This document shows, piece by piece, positions 1 to 12,780 of a stretch of DNA of 64,000 nucleotides. The number at the start of each line of letters is the position of its first letter. The first letter of the stretch is position 1. This DNA is from Lama guanicoe (taxonomy: Eukaryota). The notes under the pieces are model-generated. The model did not search any database and had not been told where the DNA came from. It saw nothing but the letters and a program-made list of their open reading frames with translations. The position numbers and the translations under genes are program-made. The stretch spans positions 17,240,029-17,304,028 of the forward strand of contig MU054323.1 in the NCBI GenBank assembly GCA_013239625.1. The letters run 5' to 3'.

Positions 1-594
1 TTTTATTTAATTTTAATTAATTAAACTTTCAATAGCTACATGTGGATAGAAGCTACCATACAGGACAGCATAGTTCTGCATAGTATCAGATTTTTACTGA
101 AGTAATAATCAAAGCATTCGTTAAAGGATTCTTTTTGGCCAACCAACACATCTATGTAACTCAGTCTGACATCTAATGGCCAATGCTATAAACACTATAC
201 TGTAGGTTAAAACTGTGGATGTAGTTTTGAATAACATAAGAAATTTATACTAACACTTAATTAACATATACATTTTCTGCAAATAATTTTATCATATAAA
301 TTTATCACTTCTAAACACATTGTTCAAACTGAATATGTAATTTTTCGTTTCTATCGTTTATTATTTATGGTACGATTTTCTACTCAATGTGACATTCTAC
401 GGGTGTTGTACCATATATGTAATACTGTCATACTGTGTCAAAAACCAGAAGTACAGAGCTTATAACTGGAAGGGCCCTTAGACAGCATCTAATTCAGTCC
501 CCAAACTGGTTAAGCATACATCCTACATCCAACTCTGCCCTAACAGTTCGCTTGTGAGTTCTTTCAAAATAACCTTCATGTGAATGGGGTCAAA

Positions 595-705
595 ATAACT
601 TGGACTTTGGAAACAAGAGAATTAGCTTGAACCCCTGTGTTGTCACTTACCAGCTCTGTGACCTTGGGCCAATTATTTATTCCTGTGAGCCTCTGAAATG
701 GGGTC
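595..705 (+). mobile_element. MIR SINE fragment
   Basis: MIR core-like cacttaccagctctgtgaccttgggc...gagcctctg. Confidence 0.6.
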
Positions 706-1036
706 CGAGTCCCTCCTTACCCTTCTCCTTTCCTACACTGATATTTCTAACATAAATCACAGTATTACTTTTCCTTTCATTTATCAGATTTCTATCATAA
801 TACCAAAGCCACATGACTCCGAGAATATCTGGTATATATGTGTTTCATTTTCATCAGCCAGTGGATTTTCCAAAACTATCTAGAACATGCATCCAAGTTT
901 GCTGTGGCATGCAGAAACTCTGACCAATAGAGTAAAAGAGAGCCAAAAAGAAAGTATACTAGGGAGGGTAGCCAAAACTTCCTAAATCCTAATCCCTTCA
1001 TCCACACATGCTAGCCATTCTCTCCGAATACCCTAC

Positions 1037-1215
1037 CTGTTTTATTCGGAACTGCTTGCAGATTTTAGCATTTTCGGCATGTACTGACTTTGCCTGCCAG
1101 TCATATCTTTTGGAAATCTTTTTCTTAAGGTTGACATAGCTTTCATTCTCCACTACAACTGGTGCAGGACCTTCATCCTCATCTGTCTCCTCCTCAGGTT
1201 CTGATTCTTTTTTAA
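1037..1215 (-). CDS. DHX57: DHX57 coding exon 5 (gene exon 6), 179 nt: (V)KKESEPEEETDEDEGPAPVVVENESYVNLKKKISKRYDWQAKSVHAENAKICKQFRIKQ
   Basis: Acceptor ...ccccttcaag|TT, donor CAG|gtaggg; phase 1 to 0 fits the previous exon. Confidence 0.92.
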
Positions 1216-1589
1216 CTTGAAGGGGATAAAAGGAAACATTTCGATATGGTGCCCTTTCTTTAGAAACAGGGGAAGTGACTATCTAACGAAGTAACAACAA
1301 CAAAAAAATCATAAAATGGAGAAAATGTTAAAGCTTGAATAAAGCAAGTTCACTCATTTTAGTACTACTGCTTCTACTGCTAACGAACTTAAAATGCATC
1401 TTCAAACAAACTTTAATCAAGTGTAAGTGGCTATGGTTAAACCAAATTAAAAACAAAGAAGAGAAAATCTCAGCATGCCTTGTTAATCCAGTAGACTCTT
1501 TACATTCAGTAATTAACAGAAAGCTTCAAATATTTGAAAGTGTTGCCCAAAATTCAATGACACAAAATAACCCAAATGTCTACAAAATG

Positions 1590-1995
1590 ATGAGTTAATA
1601 AATAAAATGTGGCATGTCCATACAATGGAACATTATTCAGTAATAAAAAGGAATAAAGTACTGACACATGCTACAACATGGATGAAACTTGAAACATTCT
1701 GCTAAGTGAAAGAAGCCAATCACAAAAAGCCACATATTTATTGTCTGATTCCATATCTATGAAATGTCCAGAACAGGCAACTCCACAGAGACAGAATGTA
1801 GACTCATGGTTTTTAGGGGTTCAGGGAAGGGAGAAATGAGGACTTGCTAACAGTTACAGGGTTTCTTTTTGGGGTGATGAAAATGTTCTGGAATTAGACA
1901 TCGGTCATGGTTGCACAACTCTGTGAATATACTAAAAACCACTGAAGTGTACACTTTAAAAGGGTGAATTTTATATCTTGATAAAGCTGTTATTC
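1590..1995 (+). mobile_element. Old L1 (L1M-type) 3' end fragment
   Basis: aaaatgtggcatgtccatacaatggaa...catgctacaacatggatgaaacttgaaacatt...aaaagggtgaatttta. Confidence 0.8.
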
Positions 1996-2814
1996 TTTTT
2001 AAAAGTCCATGACACAGAGTTTGTCATTTCTTGAGAAACATATGTGAATCCCATGTGCTAGAACTAGCTGTAATTTGGGAGTTAAGGGACCTGTGAGTGA
2101 ACCCAAACAGCTGTCCAACATCCACATTTCAGTGCATTTCATTATTCTCTACCTGTTGACACTCACTTAGGAGAACTTGGGAAATAATAAAAACTTGTTT
2201 CTCTGAAAGAAAAATGACAAATAATAAGACCCCTTTGATGAACTTTGAAAGGGGGGTTACTTGTGGTGTATGAGTCTGCACAGCAAGCCATGATCTAAAG
2301 AAAGGCAGAGGCTTCTACACATGTTTCTCTATTTGAAGATTCAGGGATTCATAAAGAGAGCCCTTCCTTAAGTAATTGCGGGGGTCTGGCGCACTAAATG
2401 CAGGAGGGTATGGATTCTGGTATAGAAAGAGAAGTATCTCTAAAAACTCATTTGAAAGTAATCCCATATTTAGTATCAGAAATAAACATATGAAACCAAA
2501 TGGATTCCATGAAATAGATTTTCTGGAAGGATGCTTTAAGGTTCTTCCAGCCCTCAACTGTTAGAATAAACTTATACATCACTATAAACTTTCAATTCAC
2601 GGAGCCTAACACAGTGACACAACTGGGCCTTACAATTAACGTCAGGCCATAGTTCAGCAGATTCTTATTCGTTTTTGCCATAGATTGAGGAAAACGACTT
2701 GCCTCAGATCACTGGGATATCCCAGACTAGCCCTCAGAACCCCTGCCTTCTTTAATCCATCATTCCAAATGCCCTCCTCCACAACACCCTTCACCTGCTC
2801 AATGCCTTACCTAC

Positions 2815-3653
2815 CTTCTGGAATTTGATTTGAAACAATAGAATTACTTGGAATCGCTGGTTTACAACAGACAGGATTGTTTACTCTGGTCCCAGAGGAT
2901 ACTGGAAGAAAGTTCACAGGAGGGAGACTGTACTTGTGATGGGTATTTGTTAGTAACTTGGCTATTTCTGATTCTTCCTCTAAAAGGGTTATCAAAGAAT
3001 ATACAGCAGGTTCTGAAGTTTCTGCAAATGTCAAGGCCTTGCCATAAAGGAACTCAGAAATATGTAAACGACAAGCCAGAGGTAGATTCTCATTGGTGGA
3101 ATAAAATGCCACAAGAGGAGCTTGGTAGGGGTATTTGTGGTCTTTAGAAAATCGAATTTCAAGTTCATATAAAAAAGGTGCATCTTCATTAGCATTAAGG
3201 TGAGAATCATCTACACTTCTTTCCGCTCTCCCGACAATTTGATTTGGTGGCACTTCATGTTTGAATTTGCATTTTGATCCAAATTTACAATTTCCTTTGA
3301 GGTAAAATTTACAGATTTCAAGTGAAGTCTCCTGTATAGTTTTGGTACTTTCCTTTCGCTTGGATTTGCAGAATTTACTCGTCAAATACTCCAGTTCTAA
3401 TCCAATGGTCCAGACTCTGTTCTGAATTCTTTCTATAAATTTTTCTCCGCAGATTGACTTGAGAGCAAATGCCTCTTCCTGTCGCTGTTCCACACACTCA
3501 TCCAAGCTTATACGTGCAACTGCCTCAGAGATCTTCATCCTCTCTCCAAATGTCTCTGAAAAACACTGGGTGAACAGATGTTCCAGCGATGCCCCCACAT
3601 CTCCATCACAAATCCTCAGGGCTGCCTGACAGCGTTCAATGTTGAAACCATAT
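2815..3653 (-). CDS. DHX57: DHX57 coding exon 4 (gene exon 5), 839 nt: UBA end, RWD domain with inserted CCCH zinc finger
   Basis: Within ORF 2807..3697; acceptor ttgacag|ATATGG, donor GAAG|gtaggt; CKFYLKGNCKFGSKCKFKH motif and RWD-like YPYQAP. Confidence 0.95.
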
Positions 3654-3948
3654 CTGTCAAGTGTGAAACATGACCAAAAAAGATTGAGTGATATCAAACC
3701 ACAGAAGAGAAATTCATTTAAATTCGTTTATGTGAAGTTGTAACTATACTTCGGCAGGATCTGCATTTTTAACGAGTATCCCTGATCATACTAACTCCTC
3801 ATTACTCTCCCTATCCTAAAAGAGAGGACAGTAGGGCATACCGGTACTGCTGGAACCCACACAACAGGAAAACATTCAAGCAGAGGTAGCAGGGTTTATA
3901 ATGCAATTTCAGTTTCCTTTAATTTTCCCATAAATGATGAAAGCAAAC

Positions 3949-4134
3949 CTGGAAAGTTTCTGCACTGCAAATGTTGAGACTGTAAATTCTGGACTATGAG
4001 GCTCTACCAGGCCTGAGCCAGCACATTCCAAAGGATCAGGGTCGGGAACAAGGGAAGCTTCTCGTCCAGCTGACCAGTACTGCTCCTCATCGCAGTCAGG
4101 CTCGTCATCTTCCTCCTCCCCAGAAATGCCTCTT
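3949..4134 (-). CDS. DHX57: DHX57 coding exon 3 (gene exon 4), 186 nt: (E)RGISGEEEDDEPDC...FAVQKLS(R)
   Basis: Within ORF 3909..4163; acceptor ctctttccag|AAGAGG, donor CCAG|gtttgc; phase 2-2. Confidence 0.93.
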
Positions 4135-5102
4135 CTGGAAAGAGTAACATTTTTATACATCATATATTAATCTCTACTTATGTCAAAGAAAAATTTAGTA
4201 AGAATTCAATTCAAGGAGCCAAAGGACATAGGACCCTGGCCACTATTCAATCACTGATTAAATCTTTTAGTGATCTATTAATTTATATCTTGATAATTAA
4301 CAGCATTTATTACCTTCCAGGTACTACGTTAAATGTTTTATATGTATTATCTCTTGGAAAATCTTCCCAATAATCCAGCCAGACACAATTGGAATCTCCA
4401 TTTTTTCAGATGACCAACTAAAACTTAAGATTAGTAACTGTGGAAGAAAGCAGTAAAGAGCAACTAGAGATTTTAACCAAGGCAGTCTGACCCAGGGCCT
4501 GTGTTCTTAACCACAGAAGCCCTGGCTATCCTCTCTCTTCTCATTCATAAAAACCATTTCTAATTTTTTGCTTTGCTGTATAATCACCTTTCCTAATTCT
4601 AAGACAGATAAGAAATTTATAGGACAGGATGGAAATCGAGCTATTCATCACTGACTATTCTTTTTGGCAAATGGAAAGAATTAACTTCTCCATCTGAAAT
4701 CACAAAACAAAATAGCAAAAAGACTAAAAAATCTTTCTCTTTTATGAGAAATAATAAGACTTTCTGATTAACTCAGTATTTGCTCCTAGAACAATACTTC
4801 TACTTGTTCACTGCAAGGTTTTATTTGGAGGACTATCAATACAGTAACTACTGAATTCATATTAGCACTGTCCTAGAAAAAATAAAGATGAAAAGGCAAT
4901 CTGTACTATTGCTCACAGATATTGCAAAACAAACTCACTCTGAAACTGCTGCTGAATAATTATTCTTGTATTTCTCACTTTCAACTAATTACACAGCCTC
5001 AACAGGATCAGTATTGATACAGTATTCCAAAGACACACAGGGCCTTCCCACTGCCAATTCATCTTCCTCAATATAATAATTTACTCAAGTAAAATAATTT
5101 AC

Positions 5103-5258
5103 TCAGATCCAGCATCCGCATCTTGTTCCTGCAGATCTCGGAGAAGAGCTTTCACTTTTTCTTGATTCTCAGAAGTCATGTGCAGAGTCTGAAGGGGCAC
5201 TTTGGCGTCAGGCTTCCATTTGGGGCATGTGTCTCTTCTCACACTACTGTTGCTCGGT
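5103..5258 (-). CDS. DHX57: DHX57 coding exon 2 (gene exon 3), 156 nt: (R)PSNSSVRRDTCPKWKPDAKVPLQTLHMTSENQEKVKALLRDLQEQDADAGS(E)
   Basis: Acceptor cctttgcag|ACCG, donor TGA|gtaaat; phase 2-2; open in frame. Confidence 0.92.
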
Positions 5259-6859
5259 CTGCAAAGGACACAAGAACAAAATTACACATTTACCTGTGAT
5301 CAGAAGTTTTACACTCTCCTCAGGATCCCCAAATACGTACAACACAACTAGATTGTCAAGTATCTTACAAAAGATGACAATGAATATGAAGAGATTCTCC
5401 ATTTTCTACAGTATTTATGAGACTTCATTATAATGGAACTGCTGGGAAAAAACCGGATGAGATTCTTAATCATTAAATCCGGCTTCATTTACTCAAGAAT
5501 CCTCTGGAGAAAGCAATGCTATGATGACCCCTTCTGCACATACTGGACTCTCAGAAGAAATATGCTACTACAAAGAGTATATATTTCACCCTATTTGAGG
5601 TACTTGATCTGAAAACAACCAAGAGTCCCATCTTATGAATATTAGGACCCATTTCTGAAATATTTACCTAAATTATTAGTCTATCCTGATTACAAAAATA
5701 ATAGATGTTCATTGTAGAAAAGTAAAGAACAAAGAGGAATACCAAAGTCATCTTAAATCATATTCTTTTTCACAAAATACTTTTTATAAAATTGTACAGC
5801 ATATATAATCTTTTATAATCTACCTTATTTTCTTATCAAAATAAAACTGACATTTCCCACAAATTAAATATTTTCCTACAATATAATTTTTAAATGGTTA
5901 CATATAGATATCGAGGTACCAGAATTTATTTCATGTCATTTATTTATTTAAATCTTTTTTGATTTTTAGATTTTCTTAGGGATAATTTTTAATATTTAAA
6001 ACAAAAACCAGTTCTAAAGTTTAACTTTATTCACTGAATTTTTCTTTTTTTCACTTGACATGTTTTATTATAAATTTTCACAAACCCAAGGAAATGGCAG
6101 AAACTTTCTCTATATTTAAAATCCAACATAATATTGAGACTTGAAAAAAAACTACACATTTACCCTTGCAAAACTGAGTTGGAAAGGAGAAAATAGAATA
6201 GACTGTGGTTTCTAACCACATAGTTTCAACTTCTGAAAAGAAATGTTACCCCAAATTCATCATTTTCTCTTTTCGTTTCAAAAAATTTCAAATCTAAGAA
6301 ATGAACAGCATTTACCCAGATTCACCGATTGTTAATATTTGCCACACTTGCATGCACACACATTTTGCCCTTCTCTTATTTCTCTCTCCACACACACACA
6401 TATGCCTGTGTATATGCCCCCTCATACACATTCTGCTGAACCATCTGATTGTAAGCTGCAGACATCATATTCACTCTTAAATACTGGACCATGTTATTTC
6501 CTAGGAACAGAGATACACTTCCATATAACCACAATACTATTATCACTCACAAGGTATTTTATATTGATATCATCCAATATGTAATCCATATTCAAAGTTC
6601 CTAACTGTCTCAATCATATCCTCTACAGATTTTCTGACTGAGTACCTAATTAAAAATGACATTTAGTTGTCTTTTTTTTTTTCCCCAAACGCCTTTAATT
6701 TAGAATAGTTCCCCCACCTATTTCCTGACACTGGCTTTTTTGAAGTGGTCACGCACTTTCTCACAATGCAGATTGGTCTAATTGTTTCCTCATGATTAGT
6801 AAAAAAAAAAAAAAAGGGGGTGGAGGGAGAACTTCCATATGCTCCTATTCCATCCACCG

Positions 6860-8515
6860 CTTATTTGTACAGCCTTATTTGCTTTCCTTCCTGTTACTAA
6901 GGATGAACCATTCTTCATCCTAAAGTTGGTCCTTCTGTTTGTACATTGTATCCCAATCTCTTTAATCTCCTCAAGGAAATCATTCCAGCACTTATCCCCT
7001 CCTTCACAACAGCAGTTCTTCATTCTCCTTTGGATCATTCCCATCTGCATACAGACATGCTATATAACATCTACCATCTTAAACAAACAAACAAAATCCT
7101 CCATTCGACTGCACATCCCCATCAAGCTCTTGTCCTCTCTCTCCTTCTTCCCCTGCCCTTTATAGCAAAACTCCTCAAAAGGATTATCTAAACCACTGTC
7201 TTTGTTTCCGTTTTCTTTCGTCTTCTCTCTGAAACACACTCACAGTTTCCTCCACACCAACTATACCAAACCAAACGGCTCCTGTCCAGGTTACCCATGC
7301 TACCCACATTGCCAAATCCAGCAGACAATTGTCAGAACACATTTCTCTTGACCTATCAGAAGCATTTTTAATACAATTTGCATATCTCCTTTAAGTATCC
7401 AACCCCACCTGATTGGATACTCCCCTTTTAAACACCTTCTTCCTTGACTTCCAGAAATCATGCTTTTAGTTTTCCTCCTACTTCACTGGCAAACTCCTCA
7501 ATCCACTGTGTCTGATCCTCCTAATCTCTCTCAGCTCTAAAGCCTAGAGTGCCCCAGGGCTCAAAGTTCAGACCTCTTCTCCATATCCTGTCTCATCCAG
7601 TCTCACAGCTCTAAATAGCATTTATTCATAGAGCACCCATACAGTTACTTCTCCAGCCTAGCCTAATTTTCAAAGGTTATTTTAAAATCTCATTCTTTTG
7701 ACTATTCTAAAGATTATATGTTCCAAAGTATCCTTTTAAAAACTTGCTTCTATGCACTTGCAGGGCTTTTTAAATAATAAATCATTGTAATGATTAAATT
7801 TGACCCCTTCGACAGAAAACAGATCAATGGATTCCTAAGGATCAGGGAAGAGTTTGTTACAAAGGGCATGGGCAAGTTTTGAAGAACTTTTGTACACCCT
7901 GATTATTGTGGTGACTGCATTTGTCAAATTTTGGGGTGAGTTTTACTGATTGCAAATTATACTTCAATAAACATGACTTTTAAAACTTCAAAAATAAAAC
8001 AAAACCAAAACAAAGTCGTTCCTTCTAATGGCCTATAAGATACACAGTATAGCCTCTTGAATCCAACTGCCTAACTCTTCTTAGCCATCTACGCTAGCAC
8101 ATGGCTTCCTTGTCATGTCCTGCATCCTCCAAGCACACTCCCACCTTAGGAACATGCACTTGCTGTTCCCTCTTCCCTCAGAAAGCTTCACAGCTTACTC
8201 CTCCACTTCCTTCTTGTCCCTGCTCAAATGATACAGCATTAGAGACGTCTTCTCCGATCACTTTACAGAAAACAGCAACCATTTAAAAGTACCATCAACC
8301 TATTTTGGTATTTTCTATCTCTTTTACCCTCCTTTATTTTTCTCCATAGCACTTGCCACCTGACATATCATTATACCTTTGCTTATGGTCTTAATAGCTC
8401 CAATCTGCCTCCATGAAGACAAGGACAGTATTTTATTCATTGCTGTAACCCTGGTCCTTAAAACAGTACCTGGTGCATAGTAGGCACTGAGTAAATATTT
8501 GCTGCATGAATGAAC
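6860..8515 (+). mobile_element. Fragmented L2 LINE (interrupted around 7.7-8.0 kb)
   Basis: Pyrimidine-rich L2-like body; typical 3' tail cctggtgcatagtaggcact...aaatatttgctgcatgaatgaa. Confidence 0.65.
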
Positions 8516-9753
8516 ATCTAAGACTCTAAGAACCTATAAGGTTAATGTTTTCAGAAAGAACAGAACTGCATCTAACTCAGTAGTTAGGTTCTTAAGTGAG
8601 CAGCTAAGGTGAAAATACAGTTTTAAATTATTCTGGAAGATTCCTTAAAAAGGTGTCAAGTTTGAGACTGATATATGATCTCTTAGTATATCCAAAATGA
8701 CCATTTTTCATTTAGAATGGAAAAAAGTGTAGATTCTCTGGTTGCACACCAAATGAAGTATTTGGTAGAGATCACATATAAGAAACATATATTTAAACAT
8801 CAGTATCACACACTTGGTGCATCAAGAGGCTTAAACTAGAAAAAGCACTTAAAACTGAGATTGCCTGAGGGACTAGTACACTCCTCTCTCCATATCCTGC
8901 TCACTGGAAGGCCCAGATTCATTTAGTGGCAATTTTAAAGTACTTAAATACTATTTGTTCTTCTTTTTCTTTGTTCTGAATCCATATAATTGAATTCATT
9001 TAAGTTAAAAGCATGTATGATGCAGTTAACTTTAGCACTCACCTATATTCCCTAATTAATATTTAGGTGGGAATTATTCCCACAAAAGAATGTGTGTATA
9101 CATAGCTTTAAAGAAGGCTCTCCATCTCTAAAAATTCCAGTAAATAGCTTGCAGTGCAATTTGAGACACAAGAATTTTATACTTATACTGCATAACCTGC
9201 AGTATTGAAATAGTTACTTTCATTAAACTTTCATTAGAATCATCAGAATTTCTTCACTAATTAAAAGTTGAATATGAGAGAAACCTGGATATGACATCTA
9301 TCACTGGTCATCACATGAAGCTCCAGTGAAGATCTGGCTGATCTGGTTGGAAAATAGGTAATTAATCAACTAGACAGACAGGGTACAGTCAAGTCCCATT
9401 TTGGGAACTTCAAATTACAATACCTAAGAAATACTTAAAATAATTGTCATCACTTTCACCATTTCCAATATTTACTTTCCTGGTAATATTAATTACAATA
9501 ATTCACAATAATGTTCAATTCACAGTGTCTTATAGAAGTTAAAGTTAATTTCAGATTTCAACCCTCGCTGTTATTTGCCATTATATCTTTATAAAAGGTT
9601 ACAGAGAAGGGGACTGGAAGGTTTTAAAACAAGAGGAGCAATCAATTTGACCAGAATTACTTGGCAACCCCCCCCTTCTCTTAGCCACCTATTGTCCCAC
9701 AGATTAGGAACTGATACTGTTTGCAAATTTGAACATTCAAAACGTGTAATTAC

Positions 9754-9965
9754 CTGGATGAGCGCCTTGATTCACTGAAGATACAAAAATCATCTCCATC
9801 ATCCCAAATTCTACTTGACGCCTTTCTATTGCCACCAATACCACCGCCACCACTGCCACCCCCGTGAGATTTATTAGCATGACTCCTGCCTCCTCTTCCT
9901 CCTCTAGAAGACCCCTTTCCACCTCCTTTGCCTGGCTTGCCTTTTCTTCTCACTGAAGAACTCAT
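9754..9965 (-). CDS. DHX57: DHX57 first coding exon (exon spans 9754-9971, ATG at 9965): Gly/Arg-rich RGG N-terminus
   Basis: Acceptor ttcttgcag|GTGAAAATG, donor CCAG|gtaatt; ORF 9750..9977 gives MSSSVRRKGKPGKGGGKGSSRGGRGGR. Confidence 0.95.
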
Positions 9966-10439
9966 TTTCACCTGCAAGAAAAAAAAAGGGATATAGACAT
10001 CATAAAACTAGACAAGTATAATAATCCTTTGTTTGTCAAAGTTATGGATATAGCCTATTTTAAAGAAAAAAAAAGAAAATGCTTACTTTAAAAGGGCCAA
10101 TTTAGGGGACGCATAGTTAAACTGCTTCACAAAGTATTTACGAGCACATCCCCCTCATGATTAATATTTAGTGACTTTCTCTGACAGATTTCTTAACCAG
10201 GATATGTAACAGAAACACAAGGAGAAGTTTCAAAATACACATGCCTACAACTCAATCCTACACTTGAACTTGGTTAGGTGTGGTTTAAAAAATTCAGGTT
10301 GAGAAGAGACGACTACATTAAGGAAAAGAAAGGATCTCATACAAACAACCTAAATTTACTCTTCAATAAACTAGAAAGAACAAACTAAGCCCAAAATAAG
10401 ACAAACTACTACACTCAAACTAAGCCGGAAGTTAACAGT

Positions 10440-11785
10440 CTGCATAACAGGAGCACCAGAGTGATAGGAAAGAAAGAGAAAAGAGCAAAAGAAATTCAAA
10501 GAAATAATGACAGAACATCTCTCAAATTAACTGAAAGACAACAACCTACACATCCAGGAAACTCAAAAGACTCCAAGTAGGATAAATACAAAGGCACATT
10601 ACAGTGAAAACGTTGAAAGTTAAAGACAAGGAGAACTCTTCAAAGCAGAAAGAGAAAAACAACTTGTCACTTACAGGTGTAACCCCAATAAGATTAATAG
10701 CTGGCTTTCTGGCAAAAACAATGGAGGCTGGAAGGCAGTGACATAATACATTCAAAGTACTCAAAGAAAAACACTGTCAGCTAAGAATCCTATATTCAGA
10801 AAAGCTATCTTTTAAGAATGAAGGTGATGTTAAAACTTTCCCAGATAAGAGGATAAAATTTGTTGACAGCAGATCTGCTTTACAAATAAAAATACTAAAG
10901 GAAGTTCTTCAAGCTAAAGTAACCCTAGATGATAATCTGAATCCACAAAAAAGGAGCACCAGTAAAGGTAATTACATAATTACCCAAAAAAGTGTAAATG
11001 CATAATTTTTTCCTTTCTTTGCATAACCAATTTAAAAAGCAATTGTATAAAATAATATGTATATGAAGTAATATTGGGCCTATAATATTTACAAATGTAA
11101 CATATTTGCTAAAAACAGCACAAAGCAGGTCAGTGGGAGTATAGTTGTATTGGGCTAAGAAACTGACTACGGATGGTGAAATAGTAACTATAACAAATGT
11201 ATTTTTGCATTTATAACATTAACAGATGTAATATGTGTAACAATAATGCCCTAAAATGGAAGGGAAAGGAATACAACTATATGAGAGTAACATTTCTGTA
11301 TGTTACCGAAATTGAGCTAGTATAAATGTGAAGCTGAATTCTGATGTGCTAAGCTGTATATGATAAATCCTAGAGCAGTCACTAAAAAACAAACCCAAAA
11401 CTCAAAAATAGTGGGAAAAAAATCATTAAAAAATTAAAATACTGCATTAGAAAACATTCATTTAATGACTTAATGCAAAAGAAAGCAGTAAAAACACAGA
11501 AACAAAATAGACATGAGACATATAGACAACAAAAAGTAGAATGGCAAATGTAAATCCCACTATATCAATAACAACATTAAATGTGAAATGATTAAACAAT
11601 TCAATCAAAAGACAAATTATCAGACTGTATAAAAACATGATCACTTTAAATTCAAAGATATAAATAAATGAAAAGTAAAAGGACAGAAAGACAAATTATG
11701 CAAAGAGCAACCACAAAAAAGCTGGAGCGGCTATGCTAAATCAGACAAAACAAACTTTAAAGCAAAAAATGTTAATAGAGCTAAA
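10440..11785 (+). mobile_element. Degraded L1 spanning the ORF1 C-terminus, inter-ORF region and ORF2 endonuclease start
   Basis: ORF1-like aaaacaatggaggctggaaggcagtg...agaatcctatattcag; ORF2 start-like tatatcaataacaacattaaatgtgaa; frames disrupted. Confidence 0.8.
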
Positions 11786-12251
11786 ATGTAAGATTTTAGG
11801 GCCTAGGTTAACTATATGAATAGGGTTTCTGTGCTCAGCCATGTGATCAGAATGGGAGTATTGGGGAGGAAAAGATACGGGGAGTGCCACAAGTTCAAAA
11901 CAGGTATCTTTGAGATGTCTTTTACATATTCAAGTGGAGATATGTAGAAGGTAGTTGGATATACAAGTCTACATTGAGGGAAAAGGTAATATTATTTCAC
12001 TTAATTCTCTAAAACTCCTATAAGGTAAATATTTTCTGTATTTTATAGAGGAGGAAACCAGAGTACAGATAAATTAGATGTGTCTAATATCACCAACTAT
12101 AGAAGCAAAGTCTGGAGCCAGAGTTTGAAACAATCCATTTGACTCCAAAGCTGAAATTCTTTCCACCATACCTGCCTCTTACCCGTCAAGTATGTACTTT
12201 ATATCTTCAATTCAAAATTTAGTGTTAAGCCAGCCCCATCCCCCTTTGATT

Positions 12252-12780
12252 TGTATCCAGATCTTAATTTATAAAGGTAACTGAGTGCCGACAAAGAGAT
12301 CAATACCACTGAAAGAGAAGTTTAATGTTCCTTACAGCTCCCCTAGAAACAAGATGCATGCCGTGCCATGGTGGACCACAGGGGGAAGCACCAGTGTCAG
12401 TTAGGAGGCAGAACAGAACAAGGGGAAGGCATAGGCCATGGTCTTTCTTGGGGTTTCCAGAGGAAAGGCGAGGCAGGACAGGGTAAACAGTTTAGGATTG
12501 GTTAGTCTGAGTAATTCCCACAGACTCTGAGGCACAGGGGCTATTCCTAGTTGCCCAGTACCTGGCCCGAGGTTGATTTCAGGCAGAAACTACTGGCTTA
12601 TGACAAAGGAGGTGGTTGGAAGTAAAGATATAGGACTGGTTGGTTTGCATATGAAACGCATGTTCACCTGTGAACTGTTAATTAGCTAGCTCCTGGAATG
12701 GTAGTTTCTTCCTGGCCAGCTAGGCCCACAAGATGTCAAAACATCATAAACTATAGAAAATTTAAAATATGACTAGTACA
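12252..12780. mobile_element. Probable solo LTR (ERVL-like)
   Basis: TGTA...TACA termini, about 530 bp, distinct composition; family not verified. Confidence 0.5.

Noticed and set aside
2848..3147. 99-aa plus-strand ORF (likewise 57903..58154 and 61837..62160 on the minus strand)
   Set aside because: Antisense shadows of real coding exons
10440..11785. Possible active L1 or domesticated ORF
   Set aside because: Truncated, with many stops and frameshifts
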